Positions 36,619-50,347 of a DNA stretch of 64,000 nt are shown here, piece after piece. Below the pieces are notes generated by a model that ran no database searches, was not told the DNA's origin, and saw nothing but the letters and a program-made list of their open reading frames with translations. The stretch covers positions 1 to 64,000 of the forward strand of contig MCFE01000380.1 in the NCBI GenBank assembly GCA_002104905.1. The letters run 5' to 3'. The stretch is from Basidiobolus meristosporus CBS 931.73. Lineage: Eukaryota > Fungi > Basidiobolomycota. A program made the position numbers and the translations under genes. The first letter of the stretch is position 1, and the number at the start of each line of letters is the position of its first letter.

Positions 36619-38028
36619 GTTATAAGGTATAGTGGGTGTCGAAAATTTCAACTCAAGCAAGAAAGCTAAAGCGGACCTGAAGGAGGGGAAGGAGAATAGG
36701 TTGGGGGAGATTAGTAAGAAGGGCTGGAACCACGATGCAATGATCGATACGAGCGGGCTTCTGGCTATATATGTATGATTTTTTCACGACTCGCACCAAG
36801 AATCGCGGGCGATTGTTCGGTATTAATGATTTGTATTGATCTCACTTTGTGGCTACAATCCAGCTAGTACTAAGAATGGCGACCCATTTGATTACAGTTG
36901 ACGCGCATTTCCCTTAACCACGCCCTGCTACCCATACTTAATTTGGCCAGATCTTTGGTGATTCGATGGGCGGCATTCGCGACCTCCTTGCGTGGTCAGC
37001 AACACCTAACATTTTCCTCACGCGACCATTTCTCAGCTATGATTCATTCGGTAGGTCTTTATTTACACAATCATATAGATAAATTAAATCCGCACATTAC
37101 AACACACCGCTCTACCAACCTCAAGTCGACTATGCTAGCGACACTTCATGAAATCAGCTACGCGTATTTCCAAAGAGCACAGTTTCTGTAATAAAAAGCC
37201 AGTATCTCTCATTGGCCTATAATGTTTATATTTTCGATTGTACCATCGATGATTGGATAATTTGGACTGATTTGTTAATATTAACAGATTACAGAGTAGA
37301 AGTATAACATGCTCCGATCTCCAATAAATTCGAGTGGAATGTTTACCAAACGATTAAGGGCCGCCTGAATACTTGCTAGATACTTAATTATTAAAACAGG
37401 ATTGGACTTGTGTGACTTGGATGATAATTTGTCTACGCGCTGGTAATAGTGACCAGTAGCTCCCACCATTGTATCATCGTTGGGCAGGTTCCAGAAATAC
37501 TCGTCATTCAGTAACGCTCATGATGGCATGCTCATGGTGGATATTTCGAGCAGGTAGAGACACTCGATTTAAACTTTGTTGGAGGGCTGAGAACGCTATG
37601 AAATGTTCATGAGAACATAGCTTGGATCATATTTACGCAGCTAGTGCCAAAGCTACTAATACATCCCAATAGAAATCGAAGAGTGCATCATATCCGGTTA
37701 TTTCCTAAATAGTTGGCTGAAGATTGGCTTTCCCTAGAAAGCTATTCAAAATGTTCTATTGTACACGCATATCTTCCAAAATCGACCCCGTATCTTCTTT
37801 AATAAGGAATCCGGGTTCTGCTTTCTGCTTTAACCAACTGTTTAACCATCTATCATCCAGTCCAAATAAGTATCTGGTTGTAGTATTTATATAATCATTG
37901 TAGAGACGAATAACTACGAGCTTTGTGTTGTTGCCATATCACCGCCGCCACTGCTAACGAAATCAACTTTCGTACATGACTCACTATAGTATATTTTATG
38001 CTTTCAAATCTCTAGACAACTCTTGTTG

Positions 38029-39098
<1,070 letters not shown>

Positions 39099-39354
39099 GG
39101 TGTGTGGGAAGTCAAGAAACACTAGCGAAGTGGGGAATATTTTTTCATCATATGAATTATCACGACGCGCAGTTGCCCATCTAACCCACCGTTAAATCCG
39201 ATGTCGATTAAACTTGAGGTTTGCTGAGATGGGAATTTTTTTTCTCGAATATATATGCAGCGAAATGAAAATCAACCAATATTATTAAAATGATTCTTGA
39301 CACCGCCTTTTTCCGTCTTGTGAATTGAGCTGGTGGTTGAAATTATTCTAAACG

Positions 39355-39925
39355 ATGGAGATAGTTCAAACCCGTTCCGCCCTGTTGAGTAACTACGAAG
39401 TGTTTTCCTTGCTGAAGGAACAGGAGAATGAGCGTAAGCAGCAGGTGCAGCACAAGCACCCCGAAAATCTACTCACCATCGAATTTGAGGTTAGTCTTCA
39501 ACACAACCTGCCCCTTTCCTTCTGCATCCACCGGATTCAATTCCTTCCTTTCGCTGACCCTAAATTCTTAGGTTGTCCAGTTCTTAGAGGGAACTCCGAG
39601 CGGTACACAGACACCGGAGCAACTCGCAGACTTTCTGGAATCCATCAAGGATTTCGGGTTGACAAAAGCCGAGAAACTGCAGATCCTTAATCTACGACCA
39701 CGCTCAGCCGTAGAGATCCATTTGGTAAAACAACTTTCGACTCGGTCAACTGGCAATACTGCGATCCTCTAACCCCACTTTTATGTTCAGTTGATTGAGG
39801 AATGCGAAGAACGGTTCTCGCAAGAACGTTTGGAGGAGCTGATCAACCTGGTCGCAGAAAAGCTTCCGCGTGATGATGATGAAGAAGTTGAGGCCGATGA
39901 AAACTCCGATCAGATGGAGGAGTAG
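39355..39925 (+). CDS. RPC17: RNA polymerase III subunit C17/RPC9, 3 exons
   Basis: ALLSNYEV, LTKAEKLQILNLRP, LIEECEERF. Confidence 0.9.
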
Positions 39926-40087
39926 TGCACTGGAAATTCTTTGCCTCTACCAGTGAAAATCCCGTATAGATCACCAACATGTACACCTCTAATCAAATAA
40001 ATATCTCTACTATTGGTTTGGACAAAGTAACGATTTATTGTTCGATACATGGAATTACGATGTACCAACGGATAAGTGATGATGAGC

Positions 40088-40713
40088 TTATTCGTCTTGA
40101 ACAATGTGGGTCTTCTCAGAAACGTAGATACCATCCAAGAACTTACGGATATCCTTGTTCTTGGCAAGGGTGGATTGTTGGATGCTGGCAGCGGATTGAG
40201 AGACGTTGTCAATGGAGTTTCCAGAGAGAATGATCTCATCCTTTTGGGCATCGGAGTGCTTGATGGTGACTCCCTCCAACATGTTGACACGACGGATAAC
40301 CTTCTCACCCAAGAAGTTACGAATCTCAACGACCTTACCATCGTCAGAAATGTTGACGTTGATGGGGAAATGGGCATATACGAAGCGCATCTTGTAAAGG
40401 AAACCCTGATAGCTGGGCGTTAGTTGATGGTGTTGAAGGACCACTTGTTTGCTGTATTTACCTTGGTAACACCGGTGATCATGTTCTCGATGTGAGAAGC
40501 AATGGTACGAAGGCAAGCAACATGCTTACGGGCACCGTGCCAGACAACAAGTCTAACCTTGTTCTGGGAGATCTTCTTGATCTCCATTTCGACGTGACCA
40601 AAGTTCTTGGTAAGAGTACCACGAGGTCCCTTGACACGAACCAATCTAGACTTCACATCAACAGTAACTCCCTCGGGGATGGTGATTTCTTCCTCCTTGT
40701 AGATGTCTTTCAT
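40088..40713 (-). CDS. RPL9: 60S ribosomal protein L9 (uL6), 2 exons
   Basis: [22 protein letters not shown]|[31 protein letters not shown]. Confidence 0.97.
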
Positions 40714-41149
40714 CTTGAACTGCTATCCCTGATAAAAACGCACGGTCAGTCAACGTTTCAAAGTAAAGACGCTTCGCAAATGGCTGGATGGCTCATTTCG
40801 TTAAGCAGATACTAACCACACGGTAAGGGAAATGGGTGAACGGATGAGATTGGAAAAAAGAGGAAGAATAGTTCTTCAAGTCAGCCCCATTTGTATCGGT
40901 TCTCTGAGCCAACCAATCAATCCATGCAAAAAAAATTTCCTCGATCCAACGTTGACAATTTCTGGTCGCTGTGGTGCTTTTGCCACAGTCCAGGATTTGC
41001 TCAGATTCGATGGATAGGGTCAGCAAACACAAACAATCGAGATGAAAGCTTCGGAACACATAGCGATGTTAGGTTTATTGCACAACAGGTGGAAATGAAC
41101 GGACCATTGATCGTAATAAACAATGAAGGGCCATGATGCTCTTCTATGC

Positions 41150-41896
41150 TTAGAAAATCTTGGCCTTCTTCTTGGCATCAGCCTTGCTGGTGGCATTCCA
41201 GTAGTAAACCATTTGCAAGGCAAGAATTCCATTAACGATGGAGCTGAGCAAGAAACCGGCCAACATGATGTTGTCGTCCACCTCTTGGAGGGTGGTGAAG
41301 ACTCTGGCGGCTGCTCCAGCGAAGTAATTGAAAATGGTAAATGCTGATAATTGTCCAGTATTTCCATTTTTGTAGTTGGACAAAATCTGTGGGATACGGC
41401 TCATAAGTACGATGGGTACATTGGCAGCGTAGAGGATCGATATCTGACTCTCGCTAACTAGCGAGGGATCGTACAAGGCATAAAAGGCGACGGCACAAGT
41501 AACAACGGCCAAAACAGAGCCCATGGTTTGTCTGCCATAAAAGAGAATCAGCGCCAAAATGATGATGTCTTGAATGGTGATGAAGAAGCTTTCTCCAAAG
41601 GTACTAAAAGGATTGCCGGCTCTCAAATTGTATGCTAGGGTAACCAGATAAGCGAATGTTTCCAAGATATACGAAGATAAGCTTAAGCCTCGCGCAGAGC
41701 GGCCCTGAACGATCTTGAGAATTTGAGGCACCTTGACGATGGAGCCTCCGGCAACAATGCCAAAGCCAAGTCCTTTAGAAATGGCGTATTTCAAACAAGG
41801 AACATCGGTGATGTTTAGGTTCTCCACTAATTCAACATAGCACTTGTCACCTAAAATGGCGACAGCTGGCGTTTTCAAGATTCCAGGAAGTTGCAT
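41150..41896 (-). CDS. MPDU1: PQ-loop protein, mannose-P-dolichol utilisation defect 1, intronless
   Basis: SKGLGFGIVAGGSIVKVPQI, PFSTFGES, SRIPQI, TGQLS, ARVFTTLQE; start taken at MQLPG. Confidence 0.9.
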   Translation of the reverse strand: MQLPGILKTPAVAILGDKCYVELVENLNITDVPCLKYAISKGLGFGIVAGGSIVKVPQILKIVQGRSARGLSLSSYILETFAYLVTLAYNLRAGNPFSTFGESFFITIQDIIILALILFYGRQTMGSVLAVVTCAVAFYALYDPSLVSESQISILYAANVPIVLMSRIPQILSNYKNGNTGQLSAFTIFNYFAGAAARVFTTLQEVDDNIMLAGFLLSSIVNGILALQMVYYWNATSKADAKKKAKIF

Positions 41897-42212
41897 TTGA
41901 AAATGGTTGGGTGATACACTTGCCAAAGGACTATATGCGTTTACTTTTAAGATGCAGCGTCTGTATCTCACGTGACCTCCATGATACGTCTAATCCGGTA
42001 AGTTATTGGAATTGGCAGGCGTGCTCGAAGTAAAAACAATAGTTACCAAGTAGGGTTGGTGGCTACGAGCCAATCGCGTACCTATGAACGACCGTATTAC
42101 ATGGATACCGCTAATTGGCTCGCAGTATATTTAGCACTAAGGTTGGTGTGGGCTTTGGATGACACTATAATATAACATTTATTCAATTAAACAACTATAC
42201 AAAAAGGGGCAT

Positions 42213-45200
42213 TCAAGACTCTAGCTCGGTGGTGCTTCGTTCACGATATTCGCGTAAGATTTGATCGTCGGGCTTGGTCAGTCTCCATTTTGGCAATTCG
42301 TACTTGCGTCTTTTTGGTGTTTGTCCAGTGGAAATATCCATCTTGATCTTCTCATTCACCAAGCAGTTGATATCACGCTTCGATGCCATCAGTTGCTCGA
42401 ACGCTGAACTGTAGAACGAGTTCAGCATGTCTTTGTTTTCGGTAAATAGTGCAGTCCGTTCATTCTCATGCTTCGACAAATCGTTCTGCAGATCTTTGAA
42501 GGCGGATTTCGAGGCCTGTAGGTCTTCGGATATCAGAGCGGAGAGCTTGGATAACGCTTCCTTGTTGTCCTTGATATATTGCTGGGATACAGCCAGGGAC
42601 TCGGCGTTGGATTCACTTAGCTCGTCCAAGTTTTTACTGACCGAGGTATTCAGCTCTTCCACGTGAGTGTTCAAAGTCGATTGCACATGGGTGGATGCCA
42701 CATCGAGGTTTTGGCTGTGTTGCTCAATCGATTCGGACATGGCCCGTAGCTCCTCAGTAGCCTTGGTGGAGGATTCGTTCAACGATTGAATGAATGTTTC
42801 AATCTCCTCACCAGCTTGTTTCGTAGTGGCCTCGAAGTTTGATCCAAAGGTTTGCATGGTGCTGGCATTGGTGGAATTGGTGGTCACCACGGAGTCAACC
42901 AAGTGTTGGAAGCCTTCAACATGCTCTTCAGAAAACCCTTCGATCAGTGATGAAATGCCTTGAATCAAAGAATCTTGATCCGCTTCCGAGTTGACTCTAT
43001 CAGCCTCCAAGAGCTCAGAAAGTTGAACGATCTGCAGTTTCAACTGAGAGATTTCTTCGGTGGCAGCAGCATCCACTGTCTCCATAAAATCGTGGATATA
43101 CTCTTGCTGTGCCACAAGATGGGATTTGGTTGAGGTCAGGATTGATTCCACACCGCCTTCGATATCGTGATAAACATCTAGTATTTGAGTCTTCTGCTTT
43201 CCTAGCTCACTCTTAATATCATCGAAGAGCTGGCCAGAGGTTTGCCGAAATTCTTCGGTGAATTGCTGGGCGAATTTCTGCATTTCGAGTCGAAGGGCAT
43301 CAAACTCGCCGTGTCGAGTTTCTACAGTAGTTTGGTGTGCTTTGGCATGCTCATCGATCGCTTGAGAGTTCTCATTGAGTTGTTGGAGAGTACTGTCAGC
43401 CAGTTGCAATTTGTTTTGAAGACTTTCAATTCTTTGTTTTACAAAATTATCCATCTTCTGAACACAGCCATCAACGAACTCAATCTGTGCTTGAGCAAAC
43501 TGGGTGATGTCTGAATTAAGCTTGTCAGCTTGGGAGGTAAGATCCTCTTGGAAAGTCTGGAGGAGTTGACGATTTTCAGACTCTACCCCATCTTTTCTCT
43601 CGATCTTCGCATGGAGATTGTGAATATCTTCTATGCTACCTTCCAGAACGGACAAAAGTTCAGAGGCTGTTTTGTTGAGTTTCTCCTCCGTCTCGGCGTG
43701 AGCACGGGTCAAAACAACTTGCTCGGCAAGAGAGACCTTGGTATCCTCTAGTGTCCTAGAGGTGTTTGCCAAGCTCTTTGAAGTGAAGTTAAGCTGCTCT
43801 TCGGTGTTGGCTAATCTGGTCTTGGTTTCGGCCAAAATGTTCATCTTCTGCTGGAACTCTTGGGTCAGGCTGGCCAATTGCTCCTGAATGGATTCGGCAT
43901 GTTTGTTAAGCTCCACGATTTGGTCTGCTCTGCTTTGGTTTTCATCCAATAGTGATTGGTAGCCGTCCATGGGCAAGTAAACCCCCTCCTTCTCTCTAGC
44001 TGCCATGAGTTCACTCTTGAGACGTTCAATTTCAGTGATATACTCTTTGATCAAGGCTTTTTTGCTCATCCTCTGGTTGGCCTGGGGCTTATTTTTGATG
44101 TTTTTGGCTTTGTTGGCATATTCGAGGGTGCTGAGGGTCTCGTCAATATTGGACTTGGCTGGAGAGATAGTGGCGATGATACAAGTCTTTGTACGTCCAC
44201 CAAGAGAGTCTTGCAGCAAACGAGTCAATTTACTCTCGCGGTAAGGAATATGTGGAGAGCGCTCGACTAGAGAGTTGATCACTCTACCCAGTGTCAGCAA
44301 ACTTTGGTTGATCATTCCGGCTTCTCTAGCTCTTTTGTTCTCAGCACCTGAACGGCCGATGTTTTCCGAACCTGCCAAATCAACAAGGTTGAGCTTTCCG
44401 ACAGTAAGCAAATCTTCCCCGCCGAGTACTGATTGCTTTCTGTGTACTGTAATGGTAAACACACTATGAGAACGACTGGATTTGTCGTTGTCGTTGGTTG
44501 CAGCGATCTTTCGTCGCAAGGAGCCGCGCTGCAGCAGGCTGATACCCTCCATAGCATTGTTTGCATGTATTTCTTCAAGGCCTTGGATGACTACGGTTCC
44601 TTTCTTGGAAGAATCCTCAAAAATGCGTAACTTTTTGCTGTCGTCGTCGGGACCAAGAAGGTCCTTCAGCTCTTCGTTGTATAGTTCCACAAACGATAAG
44701 CGAACAGAGAATTCAGCCTTCTCCTTTTCAAGTCTGTCGAAGAGGTTAAAAAGGGTACGAGGAATAATACCAGCTTCCTCAGTAAATGTTTGATTGACTT
44801 CATCCATATTTCCCTCCATGGTATAGGTTTTACCGGTTCCGGTCTGTCCGTATGCAAAGATTGTACAGTTGTATCCATTCAAAACTTCCCCGAGAAATGG
44901 TTCTACGATTGAGTTGTATAAGAGGCTTTGATCAGCCTCTGGCCCAAATGTACGGTCAAAGGCGTAGGGTCTAGAGTTTTTGTCTCCAGAGCCAATCTTC
45001 ACTAGTATATCTTTGCCAGAGACGTTGACTACAAGAGGGGAGTTGTCACGTAGCTCTATCTCGTTGCGACCTCTGCGAGAAATATGAGTTAGGCTTATGG
45101 TGGGTATAGAAGTTGCTGCGCACATCCTTACCTGCAACGAACAACAACTTGAACGTTGCTTTCTTTGTCAGCTTGGTCTGCTTTCCGTCTCAATTCTCCC

Positions 45201-45259
45201 GGACGGCGACTGTGCCCTACGTTCGTATCTACAGAGTTTGGGGTTTCAGGTCGAGACAT
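42213..45259 (-). CDS. bimC: Kinesin-5 (BimC/Cut7/Eg5), 2 exons
   Basis: NVQVVVRCR, GQTGTGKT, SSRSH, LVDLAGSE, HIPYRESKLT, C-terminal BimC box TGQTPKRR. Confidence 0.95.
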
Positions 45260-45883
45260 TTTGGTTAAAGCTATATGAAGGTAGTGATAGGAACGAAGGA
45301 AGGCACGAAAAAAAGAGAAGGGTGAGTATTGAACAGGAAAGAAAGAACCTAACGAATAAGTATGTCTGTTTCTATAGTGATAACTAGACTTGAACACGAG
45401 CTACTCGAGAAAAATACAGTGTAGTGAATGGGGTCTCCAAAGCTCAGGTATTTTTTAACCAACAATCGATGTCAACAATCACAAATCTGAACCAATCAAA
45501 TCGTGAGTAGAAAAATGTAAATACATACATTCAATTCGTAAACAAAACAAAGATACGCTGGTCACTTTTCTTACTAAATCGGATGTTTTTCATACATCAA
45601 CTTTACCTTCAAGTTTGGTGAGCATCATCGAGACTACCAATATTCAATGATGCCTACATGACTTACAAGCATGCCATCCCTTGGAATATACACCGTCAAT
45701 TACTAAGCTGTTTTCAACTGAAAGTGGAAGCAGCGCTGGCTTTGCCCTAACAAGCCCAAATCATCTAATTTACGCATAAGTTATTTCTTAGATGTGTCGC
45801 AAAAAGAATCGTATACGACTTATCATTGCATCATTAGGTCCAAATTGATTGAGTATCGATGTATATCGCTAAGTATAGTAGTT

Positions 45884-46660
45884 GTCACCCCTACTTTCTT
45901 AGATCTTCTATAATGCACCCTATTACCTCCACCAAGTCCAATCTATGGTGTAGTTGGAATATCTGAATGAATGGCTCATGCACCTTCTACCTTTCATTTT
46001 TATTACTTTGATGTCTTGCCGATGTGGAAAACAACAAATTTCACATCAATGCCAATTCTGCAGTGAGCCTCATGTTCTAGAATTTGGGTAACACAAAGTT
46101 GTGCTCACCATGGCCCAAGGCCTTGTTTGAGTTTTACTTGCCATTTACTTGATCCTACAGTAAATCAATTTCACATTACTGAAAGTGTTGTGAATTTTAT
46201 AATTACACCTAAATATTCCATTGACTCATAAAATTTTGAATGATGGGTGCTATACGCTTATATGTTGTCCTAATTGTTGTAAATAAAGAACTTACCCCTA
46301 AACCATCTATATGCCTTAAAATTCTATTTAGCTTACTAATAAACTATGATCTACTTACTTGAAACTTGATTTGTAAGATATCAGCTAATTCTTAGAATTA
46401 GTGAAGGCCTGGAAGATATCAAAATTTTCAAACCCATTCAAAAGCTCCAACAATCTGCACCAGACTTCCAGGGGCCTACTTATTTACAAAGTTCTACTAA
46501 TAGTATAATACCTCTTTTACCTCTAATGAATCGTACTAAGTACCACAGAATGCACTTGTTCTTCCAATCACTTCCAGTATCTCCAAGACCCTGACAGCAG
46601 AAATTAAGTGCAAATTCTGAAAGCAATTCTCATTAGTTTGTGGGAATCCTTGAAGTTGTG
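45884..46660. repeat. CpG-depleted repeat remnant containing a piece related to the 223-bp array
   Basis: About 3 CpG in ~770 bp by eye; 46552-46632 resembles CCCAATCACTTCCAATATCTCCAAGAC of the array. Confidence 0.6.
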
Positions 46661-47874
46661 AGTCCTCCGCGTGTCACTGAATATTCATAGTGTTTCTATC
46701 ACATATCCCATTATCTGCATCAAGTCATCAGGTTTTCTACTTGATTCAACTTAGAGTATCCCAAATTTTGATTTCTCATTCCCCATTGATATTCCTCCAG
46801 CTTTGGAAATACCTCTACTACTCAAGGCCTCGGGAAACATGCGAAAGGACTGACCACAGAATCATGTTGACCAATGTAGTGAAGTTCAGGATTGATTTGG
46901 GTAGCAGTCATCCATCACCAGGATCAGCTGCCTGTAATTTGGAGGTGAGATGACGACCACCTGAGTTGCTGCTATTCTGGTGGCAACCTCTCGCGCAGAA
47001 TGACGGGAAGGATATTGGCTCACGTATGCCACTAAAATACTCAATGGCATAAACAAAACACCATTGTTTACGTGATTGAAATCACCAGCCATGATCACTA
47101 GCCAACTACGCTCGATGAAAACCGATGCACGTACATTCAGGTGGAGAGGTAGAGGTTCGACTATAATTGGTAAGCGGTCATGGCACAACGATGCTTTGGT
47201 TTGCCAGTGCAGTGAATGGAATTATCAGGCGGTTGATCATGATATGTTGGGCAATGCTTCTTACAAATCGAGAGTCCCAACACACAACTGAGAAGTAAAT
47301 GGGACCCTTTCTGCCAGCATGGACCGTATCCGCCGACGGCATTTCATAGCTTTATATATCACCTCTCAAACCACAGCTAAATACCCGCAATGTGTAACGG
47401 AAATAGCGGTGAAATCCCCCCAGACTACTACTAAACAGTAATCTCTAGTAGGCCTATGGTACGAATATCAGAAGAACTGTACCATGGGAACGGCCTTTCC
47501 TTGCACTTGTATATCCAATTAGTTGTACAAGCACATGAAAAATGTGGTTGTCTCACCATTTGGTTGACCTCCAAATGGATGATTTCACGTGAATCATCGA
47601 GTCATATGCCTTGTGAAGTTCAGCAAATGTATAATCGAAATGCTAATCAAAATATGACGAAAATCGTGTGAACTGTGGTACATTAGGTCTATGACTGCCA
47701 TAGCCAAGGAACAAAGACAAGATCCGAGTATGAAGTGCAGGCAGAATCATTAAGGTTAAAGATAATTGGTGAACTGACATGGCTACTCACTCGACTATAA
47801 ATTCGGCCAACCCGTCTGAATTGGGTTGTCATTTGTCCCGCACCGTCGTTTCAGTTCATGCTTCCCACAACATA

Positions 47875-49152
47875 ATGGATACATTTTGGATAGTCTTGTC
47901 TGCTTTTTGCGTATGGCTTATTGTCACACTAATCTCTTTATACTATTTTATTCACTACCGTCATGAGCCAACAATCAAGCACCGCGGAGTCAGTCTCACC
48001 TGCTTGTTTGCTCTGTTCAATACTGTGTTGATCGGGTATCTGCTATACAAGTTGGCAAAGCCGATCACCTCTTGCGTTGCTAGATTGTGGACTCCTTCCG
48101 TGATCTTCCCGATTTTGGTGCTCACTATACTTGGTAAACTTATTCGGCTGATATTTCTCGGCAAGTATCATAGGTCTATTTACATGGACGCCAAGATGGA
48201 GGTGTCTGTAGACGAGGATGATCCTAGCATGAAGTTGACTGATGAGTCCTGTGTTGGGGTCCAGGAAAATATGCATTCCAGGGAGGCCTGGTACTACAAA
48301 TACCGCCACTTGTTCAGTACGCCATACATCCTTGAAACGTTAGCATGGTTTCTGCTGCTGCATTTGGGGATTACGACCATCGTGAGCACTATATCTCCCA
48401 TGACACCGGCAGCCATCCCCGGTGAGGAGTGTCCTCTTGGCTGGGAATTCTACCCATTCATGGGTTCTCTGGCAATCTACTTGTTTCTGGGTGTACCGGT
48501 GTTGCTATATTGGTTCTGGGGGATTGATGATGTCTATGGGATCCGCAAAGAGTTGCTTGCCGTGGCCATCACCTCCATGATAGGGTTCTTTCTGTACCTT
48601 ATCTTCATGTTTCTTCCCTCGTTGCGCACGGTGGAAAAGACGTTTGCGGCCTATGTGTGGGGAGCGATTACGTTGGTCTTGATCCACACATTTTTCGTTA
48701 TTTACCCGATCTATGAGCTACGTAAATCTCGGCAGGTTCGAGCCAATGCAAAGAACACCCAAGTATTCGATAAGGTTCTATCGGATCCCGTCCTCTTCGA
48801 GGATTTCAAAGCTTTCACCATCAAGGACTTCAGTGTGGAGAATCCGTTGTTTTACGAGCGCTGTAGGAAACTCCGAGAGAGCGTAACCCATATCCCTCGG
48901 TTCTCTGCGAAAGTCTCGCTGAGCAACAAGCAACGGATCGAGCTTCGCTCCATGTACGATACATTCATCAACCCCAAGTCGGAATTTCAGGTGAACCTCT
49001 CCTCGGCCACGATCGAGGAATTAACCAAGCGGTTCGATTCTGGGGAGTTGGCACTGAACATGTTTTCCCGTGCCGAGTGGGAAATCCATCTCTTAATGTA
49101 TCAAAACACCTTCCCCCGATACCTCAAGTATACTTCATTAACCCGAGTCTGA
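47875..49152 (+). CDS. Seven-transmembrane RGS-domain protein (7TM-RGS), intronless
   Basis: Seven hydrophobic segments, DDVYGIRKEL loop, C-terminal RGS box LSDPVLFEDFKAFTIKDFSVENPLFY...SEFQVNLS; start taken at MDTF (upstream in-frame ATG at 47779). Confidence 0.85.
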   Translation: MDTFWIVLSAFCVWLIVTLISLYYFIHYRHEPTIKHRGVSLTCLFALFNTVLIGYLLYKLAKPITSCVARLWTPSVIFPILVLTILGKLIRLIFLGKYHRSIYMDAKMEVSVDEDDPSMKLTDESCVGVQENMHSREAWYYKYRHLFSTPYILETLAWFLLLHLGITTIVSTISPMTPAAIPGEECPLGWEFYPFMGSLAIYLFLGVPVLLYWFWGIDDVYGIRKELLAVAITSMIGFFLYLIFMFLPSLRTVEKTFAAYVWGAITLVLIHTFFVIYPIYELRKSRQVRANAKNTQVFDKVLSDPVLFEDFKAFTIKDFSVENPLFYERCRKLRESVTHIPRFSAKVSLSNKQRIELRSMYDTFINPKSEFQVNLSSATIEELTKRFDSGELALNMFSRAEWEIHLLMYQNTFPRYLKYTSLTRV

Positions 49153-49843
49153 GAATGAAAGAAGTGTTTCCCCTCATATCTGTACCGCTACCATGTAAAT
49201 GTAATCCAACCCCGCTTCTACCTTAAATTGTAAAAATAAACCTGTTGATTCAAGTGGCCAATTCGATAGATATTAGGAGGTTGCCTAAATTGGCCTGTCA
49301 TGGCTCTCTTACAATCGACTCTCGGCTTGGACGAGCTTCGTACTAATTGATACGAGTTGGCTTATGAGCCCCTAACCGTTCAGTCGGGGAAACCAGCGGA
49401 TGTGTGCTGGCTTTGATGTTTAGGGAGATTTTCATTTAGGGAAAGGTGAGTATTTACAAACATCAATTAAACATGTTTCAGGACCAACGAGGGATACCAA
49501 TGTAATGAGTCAAAATTTTGGATCAATAAGTAATCTTAGCCTTCACGGTCTCAATATCAAATTAAGGGGAGAAGGGTTAATTGAAGGGATTGATTTCTGC
49601 TCAGACAAGCGTTAAATTGTATATTCCTCGGCGCGGTGGTTAGAGTACAAATACTGCCTTCTGAACCTCTGGTTATCTTTCAGCTCCAATTCGCACACCT
49701 CTACTTTGGTAAGGATCTCAAGTTGAGCGTATGGTAGTAGCGTTGGTACCGTTATCTTTTTATTTGGTACCTAAATAGTGTATCATCAGTGTCACAATAA
49801 CAGGCTATGGTGAATAAAGATCGCACCCTAAACAGCCCCTAAT

Positions 49844-50140
49844 TATACCACTCATTGGGATGGGTATTTTTCTATTTATACCGCTCATTGGGGTGGGCAT
49901 TTTTCTCCAACAATACCAATGTCACATGTTGAGCTGTGTATATTTCTCAAGTTGAGATTCAATGATGGTGTATGGGTTGGGATATAGCCTACGACGAGTG
50001 ACGATGAGGTATACAATCGGCAATGCTATAGTGTGCATTATGAATCGAGATATAGTCTACGATGAGCAACAATATGGTATACAATGAGCAGTACTACGGT
50101 GTATATTTCATGCGTTGAGATATAGTATATGACAGGTATA
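49844..50140. repeat. Short degenerate tandem repeats: 2 x 33 bp, then about 3 x ~69 bp
   Basis: TATACCRCTCATTGGGRTGGGYATTTTTCT at 49844 and 49877; GATATAGYCTACGA...GGTATACAAT at ~49980 and ~50049, partial copy at ~50118. Confidence 0.6.
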
Positions 50141-50347
50141 ACGAGTGTAATTGCGGCATACGGCGGGTAATGATATGGTGGGAAATCAAGACGCGGAGTA
50201 TCATGAGTTGAGCCATTTTCTTATTTATTCATATCAATGCCGAGTACCAAAGGAATTTTCAATATATACAAAAATGATACAAAAGGTGGTTGGACGGGCA
50301 TATAGACTGCCACTACCAGGTAAATAGGAATTAAAATTTGTTAGGAT

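Noticed and set aside
37281-37850. Broken minus-strand frames upstream of CDC25, including the 62-aa ORF
   Set aside because: No family motif recognised; cannot be supported as a gene or pseudogene without a search.
39130-39250. RRPE/PAC-like A/T tracts in BUD32/RPC17, RPL9 and PUF6 promoters
   Set aside because: Only loose matches in T-rich promoter DNA; needs statistical motif enrichment.
46886-47188. VIMAGDFN resembles the LINE/EEP endonuclease GDFN motif
   Set aside because: A single short motif; the other APE motifs (NVYAP, RIDY, SDH) and any RT were not found.
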